Shown here piece after piece: positions 12,721 to 25,929 of a DNA stretch of 64,000 bases. The stretch lies in contig NW_026853013.1 in assembly GCF_026571515.1 (NCBI RefSeq), positions 62,001 to 126,000 on the forward strand, given 5' to 3'. The stretch comes from Ruditapes philippinarum (taxonomy: Eukaryota). Both the position numbers and the translations under genes were made by a program. Under the pieces are notes generated by a model. It ran no database searches and was not told where the DNA came from. It saw only the letters and a list, made by a program, of their open reading frames with translations. Numbering within the stretch: the first letter of the stretch is position 1; the number at the start of each line of letters is the position of its first letter.

Positions 12721-14434
12721 GGGGTTTCCTCCAGATGTATACAGAATTTCTTCTGAAAATCAACCTATATCTTGTGTTACAAACGTACACCTCGACCAGA
12801 AGATTTCCATCTAAATGTCATAACCAGATGTGTTTCGATGCCTGCTAAATATGAAATACTTAACGCCCTTTTGGAACTTCGACCATCAGCTCCAGAGTTC
12901 CTTCCAAATGTCAAGAATCCATGTTTTTTCTCGTGAAATATATTCATAAGAGAAGCGGCTTTGGATTATGTCCCTTGTATCGGTCGTCGAGAACTTAGTC
13001 TCTAGACAATACACTCAGAGTTGGTCATTGTGCAACGTCATGTGCTTCAATATCCTTGACCATTTCTAAACTTTTGTTATGAGGTGATAGATATCCGATT
13101 ATCACTTTGTGCCTACATGTTTGAAACTATGGGGATAAATGCGTATGCAGAATGAATAATGTGTGCTTGAGAAAGACAGACTGATTAGCTTATAGCGTTG
13201 GCGTTTAATCAATCGATTTGCCGTCAGTACACACCCATAAAGATGCTCCATAACATATTTAGAAATACATTTACCCGATTTTATGTGTTATAGTTTGGAA
13301 CTGTGTAATGTATATTTACGAACTTATTTGTTGGTATTTAATGCTATACTAGTATACTAACTTTAAAAGGTTATATGTACATGATTTCTACAATATTGTA
13401 TTAGCGTTTTTATCAAAGTGTCAAATACCTTATGTCATTTCAGAAGCCTATACTTTTTTTCGATTCGACCAGCATAGGCTATCGTTTAATGTGGCAGACC
13501 TGATAGCATAAAATGTGCTTAACATAGACCAAGTTCTTAGAGTAATTTCGTTTGCGGCTTTGAGATATTGAATCTATATAAGGCATAATATTTTATTTTA
13601 AATGAAATACACAAATCTATTTGCAAAAATCGTAAACAGTTATTTAAAGTTAAAATGCAATAACCAAGTAGCAGTAATAGTAATATTTCTATACTAGCAT
13701 TAATATATATTGTTCAATTCTCTTGAATGATGTCTTATTGACTCTAATATGACAATGTATATTGTACATTTGTTCTTTACTTGTATACTAAAAAGATACA
13801 TCAAATTTCCAAACTTGACTCTTCATGCTAAGAGAAATTAAAGCATATTGTGTTCAATTTCGATAATAAATTACTGTTAAATATCCAACACAAAGCTATT
13901 TGCACTAATTACCATTTTAAATTTATTGTTAATTACAATTGTTAAACAAATTTTCTAATTATACGCTTAAAGTTCAACTATGATTTATATGCATTCTTAT
14001 GTGGAGAGTAACTTTATGGAATTCAAACATCTAATAGCTTATGCTCATAATATTACAATTGCATGTATTTTTACTAGAACGGTCGTTGGGTCTATTATTA
14101 GGAATTCTGAATGTGGTTTATGTACGCTGTATATTATGTCAATAGCTTTATACTTATTTGTTTCCATGTATACATGTTGTACTCTTCAAATTTGGAGGAA
14201 TAATATAATCTATCTATATTGATCATACAAGACATGCGAGTTTGCGAAAGATGAGAGCATAATCGGAGATTTTTTCCATGATTTCAGTATTATTTCATCG
14301 AATCTCTTAATGGAAGACAAAGAAAAGTAAAATATCTCTAAAGTCACCATTTCATTAACATTTCATTGAAGTAGACGTCAATGCTCCATGAGGACTGAAA
14401 AATAGAATTGTTATAGCTACATTCACTCACTTAA

Positions 14435-15223
14435 GGTTTTACCATACTAATGCATTACCTCCGCTTTGAAAGTATTCAAATAGGCTAGTACAACTGTTAA
14501 CTTCATTGAAAATGAGGGCCGTGTGTTCAATCCCCAGAAGGGTCAACTTTTTTTTCTTTCTTTTTCTTTTAACATTATTTATGTATCTCTCATGTCCCAT
14601 TTGGAAAGAAAAAAGTGTTTAATTTTGATTTTTTAATTTATATAGGTATTTATTGCCTAAATTATGCTAAATCTAGTAATAAATATGGTACCTGATATTT
14701 TCAAAGTGTAATAAAATCAAAACCAGACGGTAAAAGTATATCATATTTTACAAGATCAACCAATATACTTCTTTAAAAATTTAGGGAAACTTTGAAAACA
14801 GGCACTCATTTGGGTAAATTTTAAGGATTTTTTAAATTAGGCTCCCTAAGTAGAAAAATGGTCAGACACGTGGTAAAAATGGGTGGGATAGGGTAACATT
14901 TTTTATACAGATTTCATAAAATTTAGGTAGAAACCATAATTTTGCTTATGTGGATTGTTAGCTGAATGGTACTATTTGTTTCTTACCAAAATTAATGGGA
15001 AAACATTTTTCATTAGAATGTTACTGCAGATTATTTAAAGGTTCCTCGTTTCTAAAAAGGGCCCTCAAAACATCCTAGCTTGAGTTCAGAAAAGTGGCCA
15101 TAACTTGATTTCTGTACGGTAAACTTTGTTTAAATTTTGCATACAGGTGAACTTAAAGGTATATATCTGACCTATAATGTCAATTTTCTAGGTAATTATA
15201 GTGCCCATTAGGGTGGTAATACC
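14435..15223. mobile_element. Kolobok-like non-autonomous DNA transposon, 789 bp
   Basis: TTAA TSD at 14431-14434 and 15224-15227. TIR GGTTTTACCATACTAATG / CATTAGGGTGGTAATACC. Copy B has the empty site cactcacTTAAtaccaac (~50344). Confidence 0.85.
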
Positions 15224-17662
15224 TTAATACCAACACTTTCAGTGTAAAGGAAAGAATTTCAAAAAAATGCAAAAACAAACCCATAATCTATTACAAATGG
15301 TGTAAAAATACGGTAACAAAAATAGTATGTTATTATATATCGGATCATAAATATAAGTGTCAATCTGATTATGAATATTTCAATAAGTTTGAAATTTCGA
15401 AAATAAGTTTACTCATCTGAAGGCATGTACTCGTAGTTTGATTTTTTTTAAAGGATCAACGTCATAAATCCACGCAGTTGAAAATTTCAAAAGTAGTATC
15501 CGATCATTACAAAACAAAATGCAAAAAAGTGTTCTTTATATATTGATATCACGACTGAAACAAAAATATTTACGTAAAAAGATATTTATCTTCAATCATA
15601 ACATTAATATTATGTCTAAATACCATGCAAGTTCGATAGATAACTATGTTCGTAAGGCAATATAATCTACTTTTAATTTGAGTTGTTTCCCTTGAAATTA
15701 AAACTGTGCATATTGTACATTGCAACTTTCATTTCCGAATCAGGAAGAACATTTTAATGCAGTCAGTGATAATTCACTATTACCGAAACATTAATTGTTT
15801 AGCATTTGATAATAATTATTTCTCTCTTATTGTTTAAGTAGTCCTTAATCTGTACTGTATCAGATTTATTTTTAACATATCAGCTCAACATGCGTGTTTT
15901 GGGTATATTTGTTATGAATTATATCAAGTCCGCTAAATCATATCAACTAGATATTGGTTGCCAAGGTGATATTATTTGATACTATCATTTTGCACCATCT
16001 TTCTGTACGGGAAAATACGAGATGTGTAGTATTGTATTTCAAATGTGTACAAACGTTTTGTTCCTTTTTTATTTCAAAGTTGATTCGATATAACTCTTAC
16101 GTGTAGATATCGTTAATATAACGAGGAAGTTTATTTGTTAATTTTATACCGCTGAATAAAGAACTGTAAAGAAAAAGAAAAAAGAAATTGACAAACCGCA
16201 AAAATGAGCAACAAGACTACTACACCGGTTGCGTATGAAGATCCGGTGTTGTATTTTTCCGTAGTCAGTAGTAGTCTTTCTATATTAGGATCGTTTGCTA
16301 TATTTGGATCATATTTTCTGATACCGGAAATACAGCTACACGGAAGCTTGTCACGTGCCTTACTGTTGCAGACTTCATATCAGCAGTCGGTAATTATATG
16401 GTTTCTTATGTTTATCGGTATACAAATTTAGAAAATTTACATAATATTATTATACAAAACAATTTTGATAAGTTTGAACATTGCTTGTTAAACATAGGAT
16501 GTATGGCAACATTGTACTTGCCAGTTACTAGGGTCATAGAAACTTTGCGTAATTACATCCCTGCGACTTTCGAATTACTTAACTTTAATTCGAAAATATA
16601 AAAAGCAAGATAAACAATGAAGGATGGCATTCAATGGAGCATCCCCAAACACGACACAGCAACACAGGAACACCCGACGAACACACAAATAAAATCAAGA
16701 CAAGTAATAAAATTGGAATCGTTCTGATGAAATTAAAAATAAATTTTGAAAGGAGCATATAAATTCAAAAACGTTGCAAAGCATTATACACATACAATTT
16801 AAAATATAAAATATAATTCGGTTTGATCAAGAAAATCAAAATTTTTAGTCAACCTCTTGCACATACTTACGTTTTTTAAAAACATTTTTCAAGGATAAAT
16901 AATAATAATATTTGGAGAAATATCTTTTGAATTTTCAGGGTACCTCGTATCAGGTATAGCGCACTTTGCAAATGTTCAGGACAGTGTGTGCACTATTCAA
17001 AGCGGCATCACAACATACTCGAGTATTGTTTCCTTTTATCTTACCGTTGCCATAGCAATTCATATATTTGTCGCCGTGGTATACAGAAATAATAGCACGT
17101 CATCGTGGCAGTATATCCTATGCGCTAATGTGGTCAGTTGGATTTTTCCAGGTAATGAATATATATCAAGAATGTTTTGATAGAGGCAATTACTAAATGT
17201 TTAATTTTAACAGTAAATACAATGCCGAATGTCCATGAAAACATATCGCACAAATACCATGAAAAACACAGCATATGAGTATAAATCATATGGCTATTAT
17301 AAATAAAAATCAAAGTGCTGCCAATACATACAGGCAAGGATACATTAGCACATTTCAGTACTGCTAAGGTAAAAAAAGTTCAATATTGTGATGTAAACAC
17401 AAATCATTAAGTCAAGAAAGCACCTATACTTTGTTATATGTAAACACATATCATAAAGTCAAGAAAGCACCTATACTTTGTAATATGTGCCTCTTCGGCA
17501 TTGATGCCTAATAAGATGCCTTATGGCAGAGAAAGTACATGTTATCAAACGGACAAGAAAACACATAGACACAACTTAATACAAAGATTGTCATTCACTG
17601 TTTTTTTTTTTTTTTTTTTTTTTTACGGTGGCACAAATGTGACATATGTGTGTTTTTATTTA

Positions 17663-17794
17663 ACTCGTGCGCACGGCATACTATGTCGTGGCCACGAGTT
17701 ACTAAGTCGTGGTCACGAGAAAGCTAAGTCGTGGCCACAAGATACTATGTTGTGGCCACGAGTTACTAAGTCGTGGCCACGAGATAGCTAAGTC
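17663..17794. repeat. 21-22 bp minisatellite with palindromic core TCGTGGCCACGA (~6 units)
   Basis: Units such as ctaagtcgtggccacgagtta are directly visible. Not seen in gene 5 intron 2. Confidence 0.9.
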
Positions 17795-18269
17795 TATAAA
17801 CCTTTAAGCGTTTTGTACCACTATAGAATATGCATATTTATGTAGTTGGACAAGGCTTAATTCAGTTGTTAGCTCAAATTTTCTTATTTTTAGTGCAGGA
17901 CAAATTCATCCAAAAAAAATCTTCATCAGGCAAAAGGCTAATTTCTACAGGTAACATTTAAGTACAATATAATTATATACATGTATTACTGTACAGGTAT
18001 TATAACAGTGGTTGCTAGGGCAAAAAACGTGCTTGGGAGAGACGGTCACTCAAGCGTAAACACGGGTCCTTGGTGTTGGATATCACATGCAAAACATGAC
18101 TACGTCTTCTGGATATTTATGGCGGGAAAGGGATGGGAGTTTTTATGTTACCTGATAACTACTTCTCTTTATGTCCTGTCGCAATTTTACAGGGTAAGTA
18201 GATAACTTTCATGTACAATATGCTCATAGTATTAAGTCAGGTATTAGTACACATTTGCATGGCTGAATC

Positions 18270-18505
18270 CACAGGGGTAAGACGCTTAAATTTGATCTGA
18301 TATTATCCCCTACCTGACCCCCTTCCCTCCAGTCCCTGTTACAAAAAAAACAAGAATATTGATCAACAAGGCAAAGGCAACGTTCAAAGGACGCAGCCCC
18401 CCGACACACCCAAGTCGGGCATTCATAATTCAAAAAAAATATCTGGAGGGAAGGGGGTCAGGTGGGGGATTATATCAGATCAAATTTAAGCGTCTTATTC
18501 CTGTG
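18270..18505. mobile_element. MITE, 236 bp, ~60-bp TIR, 8-bp TSD (hAT/P-like)
   Basis: TSD GCTGAATC at 18262-18269 and 18506-18513. Arm CACAGGGGTAAGACGCTTAAATTTGATCTGATA... has its inverse at the right end. Only the left arm survives in gene 5 (~53136-53205). Confidence 0.85.
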
Positions 18506-18621
18506 GCTGAATCATTGAACAGTTTGAAGCAACATTTTTAAGCTTTTATTTAAAAAAAGGTAAATTTGCTAAAAGAAAATGACTCGTTTCTTGTTCGCCT
18601 ATCCTCTTAACCATACATGTA

Positions 18622-19600
18622 GAGTAAACTTCACTTATAGCGAACACGGTTACAGCGAACTTGCGGTTATAGGGAACAATTTATTTTGGCCCGAATTTTG
18701 CCCTTCTTTATTTAATATAAAAATATATGGTATAACGAACACGGTTATAAGGAATTATCGCTTATAAGGAACTCATTTCTAAGTCCCAATTTAGTTAATA
18801 CTACAGAAAATTACACTTTTATAACGAACTCCAAAATATTGGCTATTCGTAAATAGATCCCGCATTTTCAACTTTCGTTTTCATTCGCACGGAATAAAAC
18901 TCGGGGGAATGTACCGTTTATCGTTGTATGTACTTCAATACATCTATTCAAATGAATTTGTATAGTTTTCTATTTAGGATATTTGTAGCATGAGCTCTTT
19001 TCACCAAGATAAAACGGTTATTTATTTATTTTCTTCAATAGTTTTGCTCGAGTAAAATAATTAAAATAGTTTATAATCGGTTTTCAACATAATCACGCAT
19101 GCTTGCAAGCATGATCCATTGCAAACTGCAAAGTACGCTTGATTTAACTGAAAAGAAATCTATATCTTACATTAGAAAAGTCACCCTTATATTATAATAG
19201 AAGATATTCAATATTAAAGGAAGGAAAAATCGAAAATCTTGTTTATTCGCAATCATGGAAAGAAAACGAAAAGAGTTTAGAAAGAAAATATTATATTTTA
19301 TGTGAAATTGAAATAGGGAGTGAAACTAAAACTGAAATAGCGATGATTTTCAAATTCCAAAAAGTACGCTCTCGGGTATTGTGTCTAAACTATAAACAAA
19401 TGACTAATATTTCTATTTCTTAATCAAAGCTCTTCAAAATTGACGGACAATGGTAAACAATCAGTTCGTTATATGTAAATCTGTTCGCTATAAAAACTCC
19501 TGATACAAGAAACTAATTCGCTATATGCTTACAAGGAACTCGGGATATAAGGAACAGGTTTTGAATGTCCCAGTGAGTTCGTTATTAGCAGAGTTTACTG
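18622..19600 (+). mobile_element. pogo/Tigger-like (Tc1/mariner) deletion derivative with CENP-B-type HTH remnant
   Basis: TA flanks with TIR (c/g)agtaaact...ata.cgaac. Region 19255-19392 reads, with frameshifts, MERKRK..LERKYYILCEIE..ETKTEIA.DFQIPKSTLSGIVSK, matching the pogo/CENP-B N-terminal HTH pattern. Confidence 0.8.
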
Positions 19601-19639
19601 TAGTATGATTATTCTGTTTTGGCATTTTGAACATTTTAA

Positions 19640-20872
19640 TGATTAAGCATATTTATCCTTGTCTGAAAATCGTGCTTATTGGTCAAAGGCGGTGTTAATC
19701 TTTGATATACATCTGAAAGTTTGTTTTGTTGTTCAAAACCGGTGTTATTCTGTGATTTCTGCAAGTCTTGCTCCTTGTTCATAGGCGGTGTTATACTTTG
19801 AAATAATGTCTGTAAATCTTACGCATTGCTCAAAGGTGGTTTTATTCTCTGCTATTTGTCTCTTTGTTTGCTCATTGTTCATAGTCGGTGTAATTATCTA
19901 CCGGTAATATGTTTTGTTTCAAATTTTGCACTTTGGTCATAGGCGATGTTACTCATCGATATATGTCTTGGTTATTGTTCATAGGCGCTGTCTGCTATTT
20001 GTCTGCAAATCTTGCACATTGATCGAAAGCGGTGTTATTCTTTGACCTTTGGCTGTAAGTCTTGCTCATTGTACACAGGTGATCTTACTTTTTGGTATGT
20101 ATCTGTAAAATATGATAAACAAGATCAACAAGAAAAGGCGGCCTTCAATGAACGCAACCCCCATGTGAACCAGCAACAAGAACCAATGGCAAGGAGCCCA
20201 GGCGGACCCCAAACAAAAACAGGACAGGGCAAAGACAGAGCACGGACAGGTTAATCATTAAATGATAAATAATTTGTAACTGATTAGGAATTCAAAGAAA
20301 ATAATAATAGACCCGCAAAGGGGAAGGGGACAGGAGACAAGAAATAAAAACTAGAGGCAATGGGGAAGACACTTACCGTAGACGAGAAAACAACAAGGGA
20401 CACAAGTAAAAGTGTCACCAAAACAGTATGAAACAACATAGACATACATCTGAGGAACACAGTGGGCGCCGCCTTGGAACGGTCAGCAGCATAATAATGA
20501 CTGCTTGGGAGTTTAAACCGGTTAATGGTGCACCAAACCTCGCTCTTATCCCCACCATGTTCCTATAAACGAGACAGTGTAAATAAAATGAATCCCCGCC
20601 AAGTGAAATTCTAACAGTTGTGATGGTCACAAAAGGTTAAATAAGTAAAACACTAAAATGATCATGTAGAAACATATAAAAGTAAACCCAATGACCATAA
20701 CAAAAGTACTCAATGTCCTAGAAGACAGAGCAAGTCTTGCGCATTGTTCGTTGACGGTTTTGTTCTTTGATATTTTGTCTGAAAATCGTGCGCATTGTTA
20801 TAATGCCGTGTTTTTCTTTGATATTTGCGTATCGTTCATAGGCGGTGTTATTCTTTCATATTTGTCTGTTAA
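19640..20872. repeat. Degenerate ~48-bp minisatellite (tcttgctcattgttcataggcggtgttattctttgatatttgtctg), interrupted by inserts
   Basis: The core aggcggtgtta recurs with ~48-bp spacing. The array resumes at 20733-20872 and again at ~22245-22290. Confidence 0.8.
20112..20732. mobile_element. Unclassified interspersed repeat inserted in the minisatellite
   Basis: Abrupt switch to purine-rich sequence between repeat units. It contains cgccttggaacggtcag..gtttaaaccgg..caccaaacctc.ctctt, recalled as a mollusc repeat motif but not verified. Confidence 0.45.
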
Positions 20873-20874
20873 AT

Positions 20875-22243
20875 AGAAAAAAAAACAGAATTAAAGATAT
20901 CCCACGCTCGGTTCAATTGCGTTTGTTCATGGACGGTACGGGAAAATGCAAGTTACCGTCCACACTTCCTAGGCAACAGATGCGTGCTTACGGCGGTGAT
21001 CAAGAAACCTACAATGTGACGCGTTAGTGCCAATTCTATTTGAAAAAGCCAACGTTATGCCCAAGTTTTAAAAATACAACGTTGCCCTTTGCTACAAAAT
21101 AAATTGAGCAAACTTTAAACAAAACGAAAATTTGAAAGGGGATCTGGAATTATGAAGCCTGCATATCACAGATAAGCTTCAACAGACAAATTTAAAAAGC
21201 TGGCAACATGTTATAGAAAGAGCATCGAAACACGAGGCTATCTAATTTGTACGAGGGGGCGTAGCCCACGAGTATTAATCAGATTGCCGAGTGTTTTGAT
21301 GTACTTGTAATAGAAAGAGCACCGAAACACGAGGCTATCTGATTTGTACGAGGGGGCGTAGCCCCCGAGTATTAATCAGATTGCCGAGTGTTTTGGTGTT
21401 CTTTCTCTTTTGTATCATAGTCAAACATAAAAGCACGTTCCCTGTAGTCACAATATGAAACCCCGGCAAAAATGAACCAATGAACGAACATCTGAATATG
21501 ACATTTCTGTCGCTTTCCCTTTCTCTGCCGTCACAATATGTAAACCCAAGCAAAAATGAGCCAATCAATGGGCATGCTCTGGAGTGCGGGTAACTTATAC
21601 CCGCACTCCAGTTAACGCACTGTGCATGTATATGTATACGATTTAACCCTGACACATTTTCAACAGAAAGGTCTCCAAACTATGATACAATCTCTTTTGT
21701 ATCATAGTCAAACATAAAAACACGTTCCCCTGTTGTCACAATATGAAACCCCGGGCAAAGTAACCAATGAATGAGCATCTGAATATGATATCTCTGTCGC
21801 TTCCCTTTCTCTTCCGTCACAATAAGTAAACCCCAGCAAAAATGAGCCAATCAATGGGCATGCTCTGGAGTGCGGGTAACTAATACCTGCACTCCAGTTA
21901 ACGCACTGTGCATGTATATGTATATGATTTAACTCTGACACATCTTCAACAGAAAGGTCCCCAAACTATGATACAAATCTTTATTATATCATAGGGTAAT
22001 TAAACAAAATTCATGTAAAGAATACTGGAACCACCCATCTAGAAAAAGGACTAGGAATTAACTAAATCTATGACAAACACAACAATAAATCATCAAAGAT
22101 AGGAAATTTAACATTTGACATTTGAATGTACGGGACGACTTTTTACGGCCTCAAACAATGCTGATGTGGCGATTAAATAGAAATAGAATACCTTGAGAAT
22201 GTCCAAAACGACAAAATGTTTCCGGCTCGGTTTGACTTAGCCT
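20875..22243 (+). mobile_element. Putative 5' fragment of a LINE (RTE-like), with a nested insertion at 21212-21990
   Basis: Homologous to 25930-26465 (minus) and 5480-5590. Region 22100-22215 reads KFNI.HLNVR...LRMSKT, resembling the APE endonuclease start (IGTWNVR...LGISET). Confidence 0.45.
21212..21977. repeat. Composite repeat: 2x ~97-bp imperfect palindrome plus 2x ~283-bp unit with TIR tttgtatcatagt/actatgatacaa
   Basis: Units 21212-21305 and 21310-21407 are centred on gggggcgtagccc. Units 21408-21690 and 21695-21977 give the near-duplicate minus-strand ORFs. A half-unit lies on the minus strand at ~36392-36438. Confidence 0.85.
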
Positions 22244-22751
22244 TTAAGTCTTTCTCATAATTCAAAGGCGGTGTTCCTCGTTGATATTTTGCACTGCTTT
22301 GAGGGTTGTTATGGTTTTGATAGCAAAGGAGATTCATTATTGGACAAACAAATTAAGATATTAAGTAACAAAAAACCTTTACTTTGTTAAATACAGAGCA
22401 CAATGTGTTCGGAATATACCCTCTAAAAGCACTGGAATTTTATATATTTTTCTCAATTTAGTAGAAGAACTACTGTTAGATTTACAAGAGTTTGTCTGAT
22501 TGTCAAACGTTGTAATGCATTGATATTGTACACTGTATTATAATGATGTAGATCTCCTTCATATTGTTAATAAAGTAGACTTTTGTCTGTAGTTTCACCT
22601 TATGTTGACATTATTTCGCTTATGCTATTTCTGATTTCAATAATACAAGTTCAGCCTTTTCTACCTTGTATGGTTGGTTGATATATTTTATGCTACATGT
22701 TATATGTTTAAAAGCAGTGCATATATATATGTCATACTGCATGACCCTTAA

Positions 22752-23079
22752 AGGGACTCCACTGAGGTTTTCGAGATAAATATTCCATCTGATTAAGGGT
22801 TAGACCAGTAACTAGTGTTCAAAATTCAAGATCATCCGCGCATTCCGTTTCCCCTGAATAATTATTTTAACTGTGACAAATGACCCAAAATTGAAAAGTA
22901 TTACAACGCTTTTGACTCAAATCGAGCTAGTTGAGCTACGAATAGCACAAAATACGATTTTTAATGCATTTCCTAGCTTATTTCCTAATTTTCTTTTGAA
23001 TATTTTTCTGTTTTAAATGCTCCAGCTAATTTATGAAAGAAATTCAAGTTTTAGGCCTTTGGACCTAAGTGGATTTCCT
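22752..23079. mobile_element. Kolobok-like MITE, 328 bp
   Basis: TTAA at 22748-22751 and 23080-23083. TIR AGGGACTCCACTGAGG / CCTAAGTGGATTTCCT. Gene 5 has gactTTAAttggctca. Confidence 0.8.
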
Positions 23080-24757
23080 TTAATTGGCTCAATATATAAT
23101 CTCAGATAATATATTTATCATAATATCAAACAGCTGTTTCTTTGTTTTCAGTACTTAAAATACAGACGGTGGACATTTAGGGAAATACATGAAAATTTAC
23201 GTGTTGAAGACAAAAATTATCTTTATGTGTGGTTTTTGCTTTATATACTCCGAATATGGGGATCCATACGCTCCATGATGAATATAGGTCACGTGGACTC
23301 AGAGATGCCAGGATCAATGATCTCACATGTATTGATGTACCTGCAAGCGCTTGGTGATCCTGGTCAGGCGTTTTGTAATGCTGTACTATTTTGTTTGCTG
23401 GATGAGACGGTGAGAGAATATATTGTTGAAATGCTACAGAAATGTTGCAGAAATCCACGAAATCTTAGTACTAACGGGGAGCGAGCTAGACTAGTTCCAG
23501 CTCTTGGAAATAACATTCTTGCAAACCACAGCTACATTGCAACAGACGAAATGACTGACTTATCTCCCATATCTCGATATAAGTCTACAAAAGCTTCTAG
23601 ATCATTTGGCAAGTACAATAGAGTGAACGTTTCGGTTGTCTAAAATAGCGTTTTTCGTGCGTGCGTTTTTCGTATATCGTGCGTGCGTAAATCGTGCAAC
23701 GTGCGTTTGTTGAAACGCTTTCTCAACCGTGCATCGTTTACAAGCTATTAACGTTTACCGTATTTCGTGTATCGTTTTTCGTGGTTTAAAAGCGTGTGTT
23801 TGTTATCTCCAGAAACGTTTTGCGTGCGTTTGTGTTCGTTTTATAATTACTTTTGATTAAAATCAGATGAGACATTTATTGGTATTTTCATTATTTATGT
23901 ATGTATAGTGAAAACTTTATTAATACATTGTACTATTTCTATATTTTTGTACAAATAAAAATAGCTAGCCTTTTTTTGTTAGATAAGAAAATTCTATGGT
24001 GGCTAATATGTGCCATGTTGCACTTTTGCTTCCCTAGGCACCAGGCGAAAACTATAAACTTGAAAATACGACTAAGAAGTTTTGTTGTATTTTTGCCCGG
24101 CGCTTATGGCATTTTGTCTTTTTTCCATGTCTTCGTATAAATAACGATATACATGTATATAACAAAAAATTTATATTTTAATCCGGTCCGATACATCCCA
24201 TGCATAAGTATAACGAGTCTAAAAGTTTGGTCCAAAGTGTCCAATGTATCTGATTTAACGTGTCTGGTAGGAAATGTCCATTGTCCGGAATGTCCCATTT
24301 CCAACTCAACCACCATAAAATTTAGTGCACAAATTTATTCAGAGTGCAAGCAAACACCTACTCTATTAGGAATCTGTATTGGGATTGACTCTGTCTGAGA
24401 ACTGGATGTTGAAACCGTCCATAACATACATATAAATAAGACATAAATAAAATCATTAAGAAAAGCTGTCCCAAAGTTAGACATGGTAATCACAACAGAC
24501 AGGCTAAGCCAGCTCAGACTCGGTTTAAACCTAAATTAATATTCAGAGTCATGACCCGAAATACCCTAGTGCATGGTGTAATATGACTCTTATCACCTAT
24601 ATTTGATTTCTTTTTTATTAAATTTTTAGATTTGTGACCGGTTTTCAAGCATCATGACTTAAATTAAGCATAAATAATATTTTAAATCCCCCTAAATACC
24701 CAGTATTTTATAATTTTAATTAAATAGAGTCCTGAAGATATTTATAATGAAATCTTA

Positions 24758-25840
24758 AGCTCTTTTACACTGCCCCAGTAAATGCCACGGTATCGCTACG
24801 GCGTCTTAAACCGGTGAACCGAGGGGTTCCGTGGTGTTTTTCCGAAAAATCAAATTGCGTGTACACATCCCCCACAGAGCCTAGGTGTATTCCCGGTTCA
24901 GTAGCCGATAAAGCACCTGATGTATGGGGTACGTCCGATGCTTACCGTTTGATCCCGGTGGAGACCCGACTAGACACAGATTAGTCACGGTCAATCTCAA
25001 CCATCGCAGATTTCGCCACGGTTAAGCCTCGGGTGATACCCGTACTGTCCTTGTGACGCCCCAGTAATGCTTCAAGTTTATGAGAATCAAACTGCCTGAC
25101 CACGTTGACATCAGTCTTTTGGTAACAGACAGCAGAGATGCCACCCTATAAGGAAAAGTGGGCAAAGTTTGTAAAACTATGCTTACACGCCTTCAGAGGT
25201 TGAGGTACCTTTGGAAACGATTAAAGGAAGGACAGTGAGGAGAAGAAATAGCAGAATGGCCCTTCTTTGTCTTCACTTAACAAAATTATCCAAAGTAGCA
25301 CTTCGTGTGTATATACACCTGTTCTTTAAATTGCCTGTTATCGACATGAGGTCACGACACCGCCGTTGTATAGCCGCGACTTGCCGGCAATGTGCGTGAC
25401 ATGCCCGGGACAATCGGAGCGTTGTCGCTAATTACCGCAATGTACCCTGTCTCATCATAGCTCTCCCTGTTTATACTGTGGCGACATCATGTCATCACCG
25501 GGGCTCCGCCATGTTTTGACATTGATTTACACTCATCCCGGTTTACTTGGGTTTGTTACAGTATGGATGCGGTATAGATACGGTGATTGCACGGTGTCTC
25601 CCGGTGCCCAGCCGATAGAACACGGTTCTGTGCTTCCTTCCCGATGAGTGCCATTAGGCCACAGTTGTATTAAACACTTTAATACAATGGTGGCGATCTC
25701 CCGCGTTTGTCCCGGTTCACACAGGTTTGTCCTGGTACTTCACAGAATCGCTTCATATCTACACCGGTTAACCATGGTTGATCCTGGTGGACTAAACCGT
25801 GGCAAACCGCGACGCCAAATTCCTAGCCACACCGGCTAAT
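24758..25840 (+). mobile_element. GC-rich nested repeat, possibly a truncated Harbinger-like non-autonomous element
   Basis: Sharp GC increase with many ccgg/cacgg motifs. It starts tta-agctcttttacactg, resembling a Harbinger terminus. No right TIR was found. Confidence 0.3.
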
Positions 25841-25929
25841 TCAAAACATATTCTTTTTTTAAAGTGACAAAAAGCTAAGTTCCAGACTAGAGAAAGTTAT
25901 TTCTGATTTTGAATTATTTAAATTACATA

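Noticed and set aside
17663-17794. Possible CRISPR-like array (palindromic repeats)
   Set aside because: The units are contiguous with no unique spacers, the context is a eukaryotic intron, and there are no cas genes.
21335-21941. Two near-identical minus-strand ORFs (106 and 77 aa)
   Set aside because: They result from the tandem 283-bp repeat unit and have no protein-family features.
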